Shown: piece by piece, positions 18,900 through 33,346 of the stretch
Layout of the letters: every line of letters starts with the position of its first letter
Position numbering within the stretch: the stretch's first letter is position 1
The notes under the pieces: generated by a model
What the model was told of the DNA's origin: nothing
What the model saw: the letters and a program-made list of their open reading frames with translations, nothing else
Databases searched by the model: none
Translations under genes and position numbers: made by a program
Assembly (NCBI GenBank): GCA_964016885.1
Contig: OZ024745.1
Location: 19,902,001 to 19,966,000 of the forward strand
Length of the DNA: 64,000 bases
Reading direction: 5' to 3'
Source of the DNA: Eledone cirrhosa
Lineage: Eukaryota

Positions 18900-20110
18900 A
18901 AAATCTTCCGATTTCTTGCTGTGTCAAGAACATATACTGAACTGATATGTGATCTTTATGCAGACGACTGTGATCTTGTTAGCCACACAGAAGACCTTCA
19001 ACTTGAGATGGACTGCTTTTCGGCAGCGTTTGATGAGTTTGAGCTGACAGTCAGCCTTAAAAAGACAGTGGTGATTGCCAGCTTGCACCCAGAAAGCCAT
19101 ATGTTCCACCATTTATATCTGTCAAAGGGAAAATATTGAAAGTTGTGGATAAGTTTGTTTACCTGGGTAGTACTCTCTCCAGTACCAGTGCTGTTGTTGA
19201 TGAGGTAAGCTGGTTCTCTAAAGCTTCCGATGCTTTTGGTAAGCTGGAGAAGCACCTGTGATCATAGTCAGATATCTGTGTGTGCACGAAAGTTAGTGTC
19301 TGAAGCATGTGTGCTTAAGGCTTTGGATGTGAGACATGGACAACATACTTAGGCATATCCAGTGCCTTGAACATTTCCACCAACAATGTTTACACTCCAT
19401 GCTTAAGATCTCATGGAGGTTTCACACACCAGACACTGATGTACTGCAGTTGGTCTGTCTGCCAAGCATTGAGATCATGATCATGAACAGTGTCTCTGGT
19501 AGTTGGGTCACATAGTATATCTAGAGGAATGCAGACACACAAAACAAGTACTGTATGGAGAGCTGTTGCATGGCAAACACCTGCAGTGCAAGCCAGACTA
19601 ATGATTTATAGACTGCCTGAAAGATACTCTGAAGAAGGTCAATATCAACACTGAAACATGGGAAAATCTTACAACAGACAGAGCCCTGTGGTGTATTCTG
19701 ATTGCTACCGGTGTTAAGGAACTTGAAAAGATGCAAAAAGCCTATGCTGAAGTGAAGCTAGCAGCTTCACTTCAGCATAGGCAGGTGGGAAATAGATATG
19801 TGATGTTAGTGTGCTCCCAGAATAGGTTTCGAAAGTATCTCTTACGTGTAAAAGATGTCAAAGGCTGGACTGCTGAACCATGGCAGACGTTATACTCAGG
19901 GAAATAACGCATATGAGTACCCCATAGATCTTGATTTTGCATGTGACATCAGTTCAAAGTGTGTCACTCTGCATGTGAGCTAACACTGCATCATAAAACA
20001 TGCCACATCAATCAAAAACAGGCAGGTGGGAAATTTACCTGCATACCGTGTGTTATGATATGTAAGTCATTTCCTGGTTTGATGAGCCATCTAAGGAAAC
20101 ATCAATAATA
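18900..20110 (+). mobile_element. Decayed RTE-BovB-type LINE fragment (second RTE lineage)
   Basis: LYADDCDLVSHT...LTVSLKKTVV, VDKFVYLGS, CETWTT, and a C2H2-like remnant CIPCVMICKSFPGLMSHLRKH near 20.05 kb; many stops and frameshifts. Confidence 0.8.
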
Positions 20111-20228
20111 CATTTTTGCCAATGGCTGTCTTTTTTTTCTAAAAGATGGCCGTACTTGTACACAAGCTAGCTTCCACTATATATATATATACATGCCAGC
20201 ATGGAAAATGCACGTTAAACGCTGATGA

Positions 20229-20289
<61 letters not shown>

Positions 20290-20494
20290 CATTTATATAT
20301 ATATATATATATATATATAAATGTATGTACATATATATATATATATATGCGTTATCTGTGTAAATGTAAGTACATATATATGTATGTGTCAATCTATATA
20401 AATGTATGTGTATATGTGTGTTTGTACATGTATGTATATATATGTTTATATGTATGTATATATGTGTGTATATATATGTATGTATATATATGTT

Positions 20495-20526
<32 letters not shown>

Positions 20527-20896
20527 TCCATCATCATCATTTAACGTACACTTTCAACACTAGCATGGGTTATATATATATATAAATAAAGCAAAAATAG
20601 AGTATGACCTAGTAATAAACAGAGGCATGATTAGAACAGCCTAGTACATTCAATGAGATCCAAACCTGTTCTAATTTTCAAATAAAGCATTTTTTTTATT
20701 GCCCCTTGAATGCTCCATAGCTTCTATTTAAGCAACACAGTGTAATAAATCACATATAATTTACAAAAGGCAAACTTTCTTTTGTAACAGGATAATAATA
20801 TAAGCTTACTATGACATCTTTGTTTTTGTGGTTTATTTACTTTAATACTTAAGTACAATATTTATTTTTGTTGAAGCCAGAGAGTCATGCTGACAC

Positions 20897-21160
20897 CATC
20901 ATCATCATCATCATTTTTTGTCCATTGTTCCATGCTTGCATGGGTTGGATGGGTCCTTCTCAGTACAGCATCTCTCAACTTGTCACATTCCTTTGTGAGC
21001 TTTAGCAATCTGAGATCCACCTTCATTCAGGTCTTCCTTGGTCTTCCTTTACTGCAGCTTCCTTCCATTGGGATTACTTGGCATGTCTTTACCTAGCGAT
21101 TATCATCCATGTGCATCACATATCTATACCAATGCAGTCTTCTCTCCTCTACACTGCACA
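20897..21160 (-). mobile_element. Decayed RTE 3' fragment
   Basis: Minus strand HMDDNR...GRPRKT, then a CCATGCAAGCATGGAA tail and (GAT)n. Confidence 0.7.
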
Positions 21161-21923
21161 GAAATTCATATTTATTATTGCAAACATAGAAAAGCAGACG
21201 TAAAAACGACGACGATGAGATTACTAGCGTAGTGTTAGCTTTTTCCTTTTCAGTAACACAGGGTTGAGTAGTGAGTACAGCATTCAAATCTAATAAAATT
21301 CTAATCAGCTATTGAGTAATTTCTCTTCTTTGTGCCACTATATATATATATATCTATTTACATTTTGTTGGACTAAACTAGCAAGCCAGCCAGTCAACCA
21401 AAAGCTTTTGCAAGAGACATTGCATAATTACAATAATAGAAAGTGAACAATCGGTCTATGGATTTACACCCTAATGGCTTGGCCAACTGTAACTATCAAA
21501 ATACTATTAGTATATGAATAATCTGTTTATCATTGCAGCTGATGTTCAGACCAAACAACTCCTATGTATAGAATTCTATGAGAATTAAAATAGTTTTAGA
21601 TTGTCATCTAATTATTGATTGGTTTACCTTAAAATATTGTTTTTCATTTGTGCTACAAATTTTTGAGTATGGGGATATACAGTATTTTTAAAGACCATCA
21701 CCATAATTGTTTTTATGTTTGCTTTTACATACTGGCATAGTTAGATGGGATGTTATTTTTAGGCAGGAACTCTTCCTGACATGAAGCCATACTTTCTAAG
21801 TAGTATGGGTTATACTGTTCATTTTTGTTAAACTGGTTAGCTGTGGAACATAAACAAACATCACTGCTTGCTTTAAACATTGTTGATATGAAGATGCACA
21901 CACACACACACACATATATATAT

Positions 21924-21974
<51 letters not shown>

Positions 21975-22091
21975 GCTTCCTTATAGTTCCAATCTACCAA
22001 GTTCTCTCATAAGGCATTCGTTGGCTTGAGGCTATAATAGAAGACATTTGTCCAAAGAGATTGAACCCCAAATCATGTAAGAGTGAACATT

Positions 22092-22269
22092 TACTATATA
22101 TACTAGAATATAAGCCGAGGAATATGTGACCAAAAAATTGCTGGTAAAATGGAGGTACAGGGAGTTGGCCATCTAAAAAATGGAATTATAAATTATAAAT
22201 AGGGTTTATATTTTTGCCCATTTCTCAGACATAAAATGGTGGTGGTGGGTTTATTGAATATATACGGTA
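22092..22269. mobile_element. Tc/pogo-like MITE
   Basis: Ends TACTATATATACTAGAATATAAGCC and GGGTTTATTGAATATATACGGTA form degenerate TIRs with TA flanks; related to the copy at 38.0 kb. Confidence 0.5.
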
Positions 22270-22599
22270 AAAAAACTTCAAAATAATCTTTTTCTTCTTC
22301 AAATTGGTCATTATTGTACAAAAGTAATGTTTTAATGTGATTTAATTAACTAATTATTCCGTAGCTCCTAATTACCCTATTGTATTATAACTATTTTAAT
22401 TGCACAACAGTTTTATTTTTTGTATTCTTTACATTAGTTTTGTACAATTACACATTTTGTAAATGGGTTTGTGTATTTCTATAAGAGAATTGTTATCTAC
22501 CTCCAAATTGATTTGATAATGTGCTTTTGTTTGTTAGTATTCACATCATCAGCTATGTTTTCAATGTGGTCAGTTGAACGTTGGATGTGTTGTACAATA

Positions 22600-22815
22600 T
22601 TGGTTTCTGATTTAGGCACAAGGCCAACAATTTTTTGGGGAAACTCAATTAAATCGGCCCTGGCGCATTACTGGTATTTTATTTTATCGAGCCCCATAAG
22701 GATGAAAGCAAAGCTAACTTTGGCAGGATTTGAAATCAGAACGTAAAGGGTCATAACTCTATTCCACAAAGCATGTTTTCCGACGCTCTACCGATACTGC
22801 CAATCCACCACCCTC
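22600..22815 (-). mobile_element. tRNA-headed SINE family A
   Basis: Reverse complement matches 32495-32685 (GGATTGGCAGTATCGGTAG...TTCAAATCC...CTTTCATCCTTATGGG). Confidence 0.8.
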
Positions 22816-22849
22816 TGCAGCTGTTATATAATAGTGCTATATGTACAGT

Positions 22850-23005
22850 TGGTGAATTGACAGAGTTTTTGGAACGTTGGATAGAATGCTTTGTGGTATT
22901 CGTTTCGACCCTTTGCTCTCTCAGTTCAAATCCCACCGAGGTCAACTTTGCCTTTCATCCTTATGAGGCTCGATAAAAAAGTGCCAGTCTAGTACTGAGG
23001 TTGAT
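22850..23005 (+). mobile_element. tRNA-headed SINE family A, head-to-head with the previous copy
   Basis: GTTCAAATCCCACCGAGGTCAACTTTGCCTTTCATCCTTATGAGG. Confidence 0.8.
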
Positions 23006-23904
23006 TCTTCCTCTATATCTCTTTCTCACTTTCACTTTCAAACTATCTATCCTTTTGGAAGAAATCTGCTATATTCAGACCTGGAGAGGGAATGGGCTCT
23101 GCCAGGTTTAAAAGTGCCCTCGAAACGCTGTATATTAATATAGTGCCCCCTCCAACTCCTTCAGGAGTTCCGGGACCATGCATATGTTATGGCATTGTTA
23201 GTTAACTATTTACAGAGTATATATATATTCCTAGTGTAAATCCTTTCTAGCAGTTGACTTTATTTCTAGGATAAATAAAACTCTTAAATGCTGCAATCAG
23301 TTTAATTTCTTTCCCCTATAAATTTATTGACTTGTCCACTTTTAGAATGTTTTTTTATTTCTTTTCTTTTTTTACTGTTTAGTCAGAGAGGAAAGGGCTG
23401 TGTTTATGACCCTTCGCAAGGATTCTGAGACTGATGGGAGGGATGGAGACTTGATCTAAATGCTTGCAACAGAATGGATTCTGCTAAAGTCAGTCAAGGA
23501 AGGGCTAAGTGGTGGCGGGTGTTAAACTAAGCAAGAAATTATATTTACTACACCTTTTGGCCATAGGAGATTTTGAACTCTGAATGTAAGGAACCAGAAC
23601 AAATACTGCTAGGTATCCTGTTTGAATGACCATCCACCATCCTGACTTAGTTCTTTATTCATCAACCCTCAAAAGGGTGAAATATGAAGTTGACCTTTGT
23701 GGGATTTGAACTCTGATTAGTGCAGAGAGCTGGAAGAAATACTTGAAGGTATCCAATCTGATGCTGTAGCTATTTTCTATATAGTCTCATCCATATCCTT
23801 GTTAATAGTAATATAGGCACAAAGCCAGTAAATCTGAGAGAAGAGCAAAGTTAGTTATCAACCCTTTCATTACCTCATTTCAATTAATTAATGGAGAATT
23901 TTGA

Positions 23905-24097
23905 GGGATTGACAAACATTAGTATCGGTAGAGGGTCGGACACCATGCTTTGACGCATAGAGTTACGGCCCTTGCCATTCTGTGTTCAAATCTTGCCGAG
24001 GTTAACTTTGCCTTTCATCCTTACAGGGTTGATAAAATAAAGTACCAGTAATGTACTGGGTAATTGCTGGCCTTGTGCCAATAGTAGAAACAATTAT
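23905..24097 (+). mobile_element. tRNA-headed SINE family A
   Basis: GTTCAAATCTTGCCGAGGTTAACTTTGCCTTTCATCCTTACAGGGTTGATAAAATAAAGTACCAG...GGCCTTGTGCCAATAGTAGAAACAATTATT. Confidence 0.85.
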
Positions 24098-24302
24098 TAA
24101 TTATTTCATTACTAAGTTAGTAACTTAATGTAAGGTTCTTCTATAAAATTTTGTTGAAAGATTTTAATTTAAATTGGAAACCTTTAAAAGGGTTGGATTT
24201 ATTTCATTGAACCAGAGCCTGTTTTGACTGGGTTGGTAACAAACAGGTTAAGGTATTTAATCTAATCCTGTAGCTATTTTAATATATAGTGTCATTCATA
24301 TC

Positions 24303-24808
24303 CATCATCATCATCATCATCATCATTTTACGTCTGCTTTTCCCTGCTTGCAAGGGTGGGACGTGTCTTATTCAGCACAGCATCTCTCCACTTGTCACGG
24401 TCCTTCGTCATCTCCACCATGAGCTTCAGCGATCTGATGTCTGCTCTCACTACCTCCGCCCATGTTTTTCGTGGTCTTCCTCTACCTCGTCTTCCTTCAA
24501 CTGGCATTTCTTGGCACTTCCTTACCCAGCGGTTATCCTCCATACGTATCACATGTCCATACCATCGCAGTCTCCTCTCCCGCCCACTACAATCAATCCC
24601 TCTGACACAGTTTCTCTCTCAACACATCCATGTCCGTCGTTCACGCACATTGACATTGCACGTCCAACGGAGCATGCTTGCCTCATTTCTCTCCAGCCGT
24701 CGCATATCCTCTGCAGTTGCTGCCCATGTCTCAATACCATGCAGCATCACACACCTCACACAGACATCATATAACCGGCCTTTATTACGCAGGGAGAAAC
24801 CCGAGAGA
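24303..24808 (-). mobile_element. RTE LINE 3' fragment, little decayed
   Basis: [38 protein letters not shown]... followed by GCAGACGTAAA(ATG)n tail. Confidence 0.9.
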
Positions 24809-25389
24809 ATGGCAAAGTTGATTAAATCAACTCTGGTTGATTAACTAGTGCTTATTTTATTGATCCTGGAAGGATGGATGAAAAATAAAGTTGACCTTGT
24901 TGGGATTTGAACTCAGAATGTAAAGAAAGCAGACCAACTATTGCAATAGCATTTTACCTGTTTAGGAAGAGCTTCTTCACTGAAGAATGTGAAAAATGAT
25001 GTAATTATCAATGTCAACATTTACATTAGATTATAAACAAGAGAACTAACAGATATGTAAAGCAAGTAGTCATTGTTAGTTTTAACTGATGAGTATATAT
25101 ATGTCAGTGCTTTCCTTAAAACTACCATTATATTTAATTTTTTTTTTTTAATGTATTATTAAAATACTGGAAATACTTTTGTGATGTATGCATTCTTTTT
25201 TGTAAAATATTCAATTTGAAGAAAGGTATCTATATTTAGGTGAATTTTGTTTTTAACTTAGAAATTTTAGCATAATATAAATAATGGTTTTATCAAATTG
25301 ACACAAATGATATATATAATTATCGTCATCATTATTTAGCATGTGTTAGACGGGTAGACAAGTTGGGTCAGGTGACCGTGGCTTGTTCA

Positions 25390-25421
<32 letters not shown>

Positions 25422-25849
25422 GTAGAGAGAGAGAATCATTGTTTATATAAGTGAATGATTTGAATAATAATTCTTATATTGTAAAAATGTCAGAAGTATT
25501 TTTATTAACTTTTGATCCATTAGTGTTTTCTTTTCATAATAAACCTATTTTAGCTTAATCTAGGTTGTTACAAGATATAAATTTTCATGGAAATGCTTGG
25601 TTTTTTTATCTGTTAAATGTAAATGAATTTTAATTTTAACTTGAGAAGTACTGATGAGTCAGCTTGTCATTTTCTGTTGTATTTTATTTATTTTATTGAT
25701 CTAAATTTAGATATGATAAATGACATTAATCTCATATATTCTTCTTCTCCTCCCCTACTTATTCCTGGGAGGGTGTGGGGGCAGTCCTCAAACACTCCTT
25801 CAAGCAGGTTCTGTTAAAAGCAAATGCCTCCAAGTGACCAGTCAAGCTC

Positions 25850-25990
25850 GTGGATGTTATCCAACCATCTTGCTCAGGGTCTATCCCTGGGTCTCCTGCC
25901 AGTTGGTTTTACCCATAAAATCTGTCCAGCAATTCTTTCCCAAGACATTCTAACCACATGCTCATAGCATCAAAGCTATGATCTCTCAAA
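25850..25990 (-). mobile_element. Small RTE-like C-terminal fragment
   Basis: Minus strand YEHVVRMSWERIAGQILWVKPTGRRPRDRP. Confidence 0.55.
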
Positions 25991-26516
25991 CATGTTTACA
26001 ACTTTGTAGTTATGAATGATTAGCTATATTTTAAAGATATTTAAAACTGCTGCTACATTTACTATTAACCCTTTAATTACCATTACTGATATAATTTGCT
26101 TTCTCTTATCAATACATTTGAATATTTAATTCTCTTACAATCTTTGTCCTTGGTTAATTTTTCTGGCAACTCTTCTTAGCTATTAAAATTGTACATCATA
26201 TTTTTGCTTCATGACTATACTATTACTTTTTAAGTTACCTATGTCTTGCGGTAAACTGGTTCATCAGTCTTCTTTAGTCTTTTTATTACTATCCCACCGT
26301 AAACTGTCAAGATTTCCCTCTTCAGATTTAATCAAAGTATCAGTGTAAATCTTGTTACTACATTTGTGACAACACAATTTCACTTGTACACTGTCTAACA
26401 TTATTACTGCATGTTTGAGACATTTTTGTTTTTGTTATTTTCGTTCATTATAGCTTTTATTATTTTATTTTGATAATTTTCTAACCCTTTTGAAAATATC
26501 AGCTTTAGAGTTTGTA

Positions 26517-26682
26517 ATAATTGTTTCTACTTTTGGCACAAGGCCAGCAATTACCGAGTACATTACTGGTACTTTATTTTATCGACCCCATATGGATGAA
26601 AGGCAAAGTTGAACTCAGGTCATAAAGGGACGTAACTTTATGCTGGAAAGCATGTCTGAACCTCTACTGATACTGGCAATTC
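26517..26682 (-). mobile_element. SINE family A, internally deleted
   Basis: AATTGTTTCTACTTTTGGCACAAGGCCAGCAATT...GGATGAAAGGCAAAGTT. The same segment recurs at 45408-45493. Confidence 0.8.
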
Positions 26683-29245
26683 AATGATTCTGAATTTGAA
26701 TGATTTTCACATTTTTCAAAATACCTGTCTGAAGGTATATATTATTGTTAATGATAAAAATTATCAGTTCATTTGCACGTAGCCTAATTTTCATATGTTT
26801 CAGGTAATATGCTTATCAGCCTTTGTAGGTCTTTTATCATTGAGTGCGCTTTTGGAGCATTTACTTAAGATCAGATAAGTGCAGTTGTATTGTTAATAAA
26901 ATGAATAGTCTGTTACTTGAATTTGTTTTATTTCAAATTAATTAGGCTATAGTTGTTAAGCTTTATAATGCAGAATGAGTTTGGAATTGGAAAGACTCTC
27001 AGTGGAATCTTAGGTAAGTTTGAATTCAGATGAATCATTTGTAAAATATAGGTGAAGCAAAATAGTTGTGATTTGTAGTCATTATGTGATGACTAGAAAC
27101 TTTTTTATAAAACGTTGCCTTAGGCAAAACACATTCTGTTTGCTGAAAAATAGATGCTACTTCTAGTTTAATTTTTAGTGATTAACAAACAGTAAAAGGA
27201 TATCCATTTCTGATTTACCAGATGCTACACTATAGAAATGCAGTTGTATAACAAATGATAAGAACATCTGGTAGATAGTTGCGACTTTAAAAACTTTCTT
27301 GGCCTTCAGGATTTGTTGTTTTGCCATGACTCCTGTTTTTATAACTCAAAAGACAAGATGTATGTAATTATTAAAATGTTCTCCATTTATTTTATAATTT
27401 TTTTTACTAGTACTTTTTATTTTCAAATAGAAAATGTTCGATGTATGTTGTCTGAAAATATTGGCTCTGTCTTGTCTTAAAAACAGGCCTTGAATTTATC
27501 TGACTAATACTAGTAAAAGAATCCATTCACAACAATACGACAAGTATAAATGTTTCAAATGTTATTTAGCTGTCGCATTATCATAGAAAGAGAAATGTAA
27601 GAAGAATGGTTTATACTTACTGGAGAAGTGCAGACAAATACAAACAAATTGTGATGTTAGTTTTGTGTAGAGAATGTTTTTCTTTAAAATTTAAACATGT
27701 AATTTAAATACACTGCACACAATGTTTGATTTCTGAAGACAAACAAAAACTAAAGCAGGATTGCTGTAGCTGGAGCATCTTCATCTTTGATCATAAAACT
27801 GCTTAACTCTTTCATTGCCATAGTATTTGAATTAATGAAAACATTGGAAGGATTTACTCAAAGTATCAATTATTTCATGAAAATGGTGTTTCTAACATAA
27901 CTTAACAAAAGGTAAAAATTCATTCTAGAAGGTTTTGTTTCATAAAACCAAAAATAGTTTTGATAAGGTTTTTATTAAGACTTAATTAGGGCTGGTTTAG
28001 AGCTAAACAAGGACAAATAGACCTTTTGATACTAAATTCTGTATATTATATATTTTAAAAAATTAAAATTACTTTAAATTTGCTTTCCATTAAATTGTTT
28101 CAGTATCAATGAATTGTCACTGCATGTATCCCTGTTTTTCTCAGAATAAGCTATGTGGTGGAAGGGTTGTGGAAGACCACACACAGTCTCTTTTGCCAGA
28201 AATAGAGAAGGGTCAAGTGAAGGGTTAACAACCTCTTCTCTGAGAAAAGTTACGGTATTAGAATCAACCAAGGGGAAACTCATTGTGCAATACAGCATGG
28301 AATGGAAATTAAAAAGAATCTATACTATATCCACTTTTACCGATTATACATTTTGTGTGTGTGTGTGGGGTGCTCCCAAAGCATCCAGTGGTAGTGTTGA
28401 TTTTGTAAATGTTTTGTGAAACTAATTCTATGGAGGTGTGAAATAGTTTTCATAAAAAGATTAATTATTATAAAATGTATAAAAAGTAAAGTGTGCAGTA
28501 TTTTCCATGTATATACCATTACTCTGAAATACATATAATAAACCATAACACAGGATAAAGACCATTTGACTTGTGAAAAACATCCTCTAGAGCTTAAGGT
28601 ATGATAAATAAATATAGTGAGTCTATATAATTACTGTGGTTACTGCTGTGATGTTAGCCTTTAAAAATAAAATCTTGATGAATAAAATACTATTCTAATC
28701 CATGTTATCAATTAAACTAATAGTGATAATGATCATTAAATTAGATTTGGTAAATTTTTAATGAATGCAGATAGCCAGTTGCATTGGTGTGAACAGTCAA
28801 AGTGAAATGTATTTATTTTGCCACCTCCCTAAAACATGATTTAGTTGTTGAAGTTTAGATTGGTTCTGTTGAATTTTGTTTTCATTCATGACTTTTATCT
28901 TTAGCTTATATATCGTGAATGATTTATGGTTCTTAGAGCACACCAAATTGTTGTGCACCAATGTTTATAAGCATCTCTCTCTCATGTGTGTATACACATG
29001 CGTATATACATTTTAGTATGATTGTATCTATGTATTTGTGTGTGTGTATGCGTGCACGTATAAGTAATTTTGTTATTGCTTGTTTTTCCCTTTTTTTTTA
29101 TGATGCATAAGATTATCCAACTAGCCGAAATATGAATTCATATTTTTTTAATTAGTTTCAGTTATTGGATTGTGGCCAAGCTGGGGCATTATCTTTAAGG
29201 GATTGAGTTAATATGATTGATCCCAGTACTTATTTCAGTCTAGTA

Positions 29246-29367
29246 CAGTCATGGGCAAACTGCAGCCGGTTTGGATTTCTGAATGGCACACCTCTTATTT
29301 TTAGTAATGCCTTATGATGAACCACATCCTATGTGACCCACTCCTCAAAAAAAGGTTCCCCTGCCTG
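29246..29367. mobile_element. hAT (Charlie-like) MITE, 122 bp
   Basis: Perfect 8-bp TSD GTCTAGTA (29238-29245 and 29368-29375). Imperfect TIRs CAGTCATGGGCAAACT / AGGTTCCCCTGCCTG. Confidence 0.85.
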
Positions 29368-32300
29368 GTCTAGTACTTCTGTCATTGATCCCTTTTTCTT
29401 TGAGGTAGTGAGTTATGGGATGTAAAGAGACACCACATAGACAACAACAACAACAGTCTTTTAGACTAGTGTCAACTTAAACACAGATACATTCACAAAT
29501 TCCACTCACAAGGTATTGGTCAAACCAAAGCTACATTTAAGACACTTGCTCAAGTAATGTTTCCTATTTCCTACTAAAGTACAACTTATTGTAGTAACCA
29601 ATGAGTTGTAGTTTCTCCTTCCTTTTCTTATCACCAGTTTTGGAGGCTCTGTAAAATGTATAAGTGCTGCCCTTCCTCCTCTCAGTAAATCATATCATAA
29701 TATCACCACCACCATCATTTTACATCTGCTTTTCTGTGCTGGTCTGGGTTGGATGAGACTAACAGCATCTTGCCACATGTTGTCATCTTTTATTATCTGG
29801 TTTACACCGGAACAGAGAAAACTGATCGTATTTGTTGTGTGTGTCATAATTTTGGCATGATTTTCAATAGTTGGGTGCTCTGCTTGTTGCCAACTACTTT
29901 ACAGCATGAATTTGGTACATTTTATCATGCTACAGTAGTGAGAATATTTGTGGGCAGGACTAAAGTGTGACTTCTGTTTGAATCATTGTTTTTTATTCAG
30001 AGTTTTAAATAAGTTGCATGTGCTGGGGTTTTGGAATCTATTTCTTTGGTATAATAAATATTTACAGGTGGATGCCTTTCCTATTCCCAGCCACTTTTCA
30101 GTATGGACTGGTTACATTTTATCATGTCACTAGCACTGGAGAATTTGAGACCCTAACATAACTAAAGAAAATTCCTACTATCCTGTGTGTGTGTGTGTGT
30201 GTGATATTCAAATTATTTTACTAAATCTGTCTTAAATTTCAAATTTCACATATGATCATCTTTTACATTTTGCTGTTTTATTTTAGTGTCTTATCTGTCT
30301 GTTTTTTTTTTTCTACATAAATGTAGTATACATTTCTGTAAGTACACTACTATTTGTGCCAGATGCATTTTTGGTACTTCCAGGAAAATATTTTCTTCTT
30401 CTATTCAAAATCTTTGCTTACAAGAATCCAATCTTTCCTAGTTCTAAATCTTAAGCAGTCTTTAAATATTTTTTTGTTCATTCAAATTACTATGGAAAAA
30501 CATCAGCATATACAAATCTCACCATGTTTGCTGATCTAAGCTGCATGGTTCTTTTTTACATTTACAATTTTTGTATGCTCAAATTTCTTCAAGAGGTTTT
30601 TTTTTTCATTTTAGCAAATGAAACTAAAATTTATAATTTTTGTAATTGTTTTTTTTTTTTTTTTCGTGTTGCATTTGTTAGATTTCTCTACTGAATAATA
30701 CTTAACCTAACCTGTAGTTATAGTATAACTCTGTTGAACAACACATCTCTCATATTTAGAGTGTTGTTTATGATTATCGTAATTGTTTTACATTTATTTT
30801 CCCTATCATGAATTAGACAGGTTGTCAGGTTCTGAAACTAGACAGGTTAGATGACTGTGCCTTGTTCATAGGTTCCAATGTGGCATGGTTTCTATGGCTG
30901 GATGCCCTTTCTAATGCTGACCACTTCAAGGCATGTACCTGGTTTATTTTCTTGTGGTACTGCCACTACTACCATCTGACAGGGTGGACTGGGTACTTTT
31001 TCGTGGCAGCAACACTACCACTTTACAATGTGGACTGTTTATATTTATGATTTAAATAAATATCATTTATATACTTCTTCATTATTTCAATGTACCCCCC
31101 CCCCCCCCCAATTAGATCTGAGTACATTGTCATTTAAGCAACTGATTCTATGTTTAGTTTCTCTACAATGCTTATCTAGCACTCATTTCTCTTTGCGAAA
31201 CGTACCAGGATGACTAATATTGGATCATTGAATATATGGGTGGTGTAAAAGAGACAGAATTGCTCGTTGGTTAAGTCTTAGAAATAAAGTGAAACATTTT
31301 CACAAAATCACTCCAGAAATTGTTCAATGCAAGGTTTATTCTATTGTGCTTTTATGTTTTAGTGTTGCTTTGTCTATAGTGGACAGCTTGTCAAATTTGA
31401 TTTCTATCTGTCACTATTTCTAGTTACATCATCTGTCTGATTCACTTTGGTTTATATTTACCAATTCATGACATTTATTCACATCATACATATCTTGTAT
31501 ATCTAATAAGTCCTATTTGATGTTTCTAATTTTTTTTCTCATGTTTCATCATACATTTTAATAAATGCTCCATATACATATAACCATGTTTTCCCCAACA
31601 ACTTTTTCTGGCTTATAAAGGAGAAAAGTTTATAAACGATTTTCAACTTGAATTACTAGACAAACAAGTAGTAGTTTAATCTAAGAAACATTCATTAAAC
31701 GATTTTAGTAGCTAGAGCTTCAAGAATAAAATAGAAAATTAGAAGAATCTTGATGACCACATAACTGGACTTTAAATTCTCTACTGATTACATTACAGCT
31801 GAAATCATTGTAAATGAAATGGCAATAATTATGATCAAAGCAAATTGCATGGTACTCATCTCACCTCTCCATACCCAATAGTTAAGTCTTTTATACTATA
31901 TCTTTTCTCTAAAGTATAATTAAGCATTTCAAATCACAAATATTTCAATTTACGAAATTAAATTAATTAATCTCAGATACATTGTATGATATGTGAAGCT
32001 AGCATCTGTGATACAACCTATAGACAAATAGATAAATTAGTGTGAACATGTGTTGACTAGTTAGAATTTTTTTTTATTTTGTAGTTTATTGCAGTTTATT
32101 TTCACTTTCTATGAAATTTCCGCTAGTTAAATCTGAACAATTTACTGAAAGAAATTTTTGAAGTATTTTTTATCTGCCTTTTAAAGTCATTCTTAACTTA
32201 GTTTGGGATCTTATTTATATCAAATTTTTAGTTGACCACCTATTTATTGTTTTCTATTGTTTTGCCTTTCTATTTTTATATAAATTCCTTTGGTAATATT

Positions 32301-32494
32301 TATACAAAATACCATTTTCTTGCCAGCCATTTGAAAATTTGAAATATTGCCAAATTTTAGACACAATCAAATTTTCATTGTTTTGTTATTTCCCCTGTTA
32401 CATATTTTAATCTTAAAAGCAAAAATAAGTAGATATTAAAAAAATATGTTCATGACAAAACATTAATATTTAACTGTGATTATATTTCTTTCAC

Positions 32495-32685
32495 GGGCGG
32501 TGGATTGGCAGTATCAGTAGTGGGTCGGATGCCATGCTTTCCAGCATAGTTACGTCCCTTTACGATCTGAGTTCAAATCCCGCCGAGGTTGACTTTGCCT
32601 TTCATCCTTACGGGGGTCAAGAAAATAAAGTACCAGTAATGCACTGGGTAATTGCTGGCCTTGTCCCTAAAGTAGAAACAATTAT
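32495..32685 (+). mobile_element. tRNA-headed SINE family A, near full length
   Basis: GGCGGTGGATTGGCAGTATCAGTAG...GAGTTCAAATCCCGCCGAGGTTGACTTTGCCTTTCATCC...AGTAGAAAC. Flanked by a direct repeat ATTATATTTCTTTCAC, a likely TSD. Confidence 0.88.
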
Positions 32686-33118
32686 ATTTCTTTCACATAT
32701 AGTACATTACCAGACAGGCAGTCTGAGTTAATACATTGGTAACCACCATTACAGGATATAATAAAGTACCTTTTTCATTTTGTTAGCTTTCTAATTATAT
32801 CACCTCTTGGCTTTTCTAGTCTTGTCTGTTAAGCAGTTGTATGTCTGAGCAATGTGTGCAGGTATGGCTCAGTGGTTAAGAAATTTACTTTGCAATTATA
32901 AGGTCTTAGCTTTGATCTCATTGAATAGCATCTTGGGCCATAACTTTGAGTTGACTCAAATTTGTGAATGAAAAGAGTTAGGCAGAAACTGCGAGGAAAC
33001 TTGGATGGACAGTGGTAGCTACATGCTGGCTGTTAGTATTTGATTAAGCAATAGGGTATGTCATAGTGGGAGAGAAGCTTCATGTGTACAGCTTTCATCG
33101 CCACACCTTTTATCTTAA

Positions 33119-33346
33119 CCCTTTCGATAATGAATAACCTGAAAATTCCCTGATTCTATGATACAAAGTTGCTTAAAAACTTTCCATCATAATTTTTTCT
33201 AAGAACATTTAAGTTATGCTCCAAACACTAGCTTAGTTATGGAAAACTTAGTTATATTACTAAATCCTTCCAAATTCTTGATTATTTTCAAAAGTATTTG
33301 ACAGTTATAGGCAGTGTTTTTCATGAGAAATATGGTAACAAAAGAG
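33119..33346. mobile_element. piggyBac-like MITE
   Basis: TTAA-CCCTTT...AAAGAG-TTAA; internally similar to the 41.3 and 45.0 kb copies. Confidence 0.7.

Noticed and set aside
19629-19665. CTGAAGA...GAAAC motif
   Set aside because: It lies in RTE coding remnant and has no supporting helices. Isolated CTGATGA at 25086, 25651 and 38250 likewise lack GAAA and stems.
32495-32590. tRNA gene
   Set aside because: A/B-box-like sequence runs straight into a repeated SINE body and no complete cloverleaf forms. The same holds for the other SINE heads.
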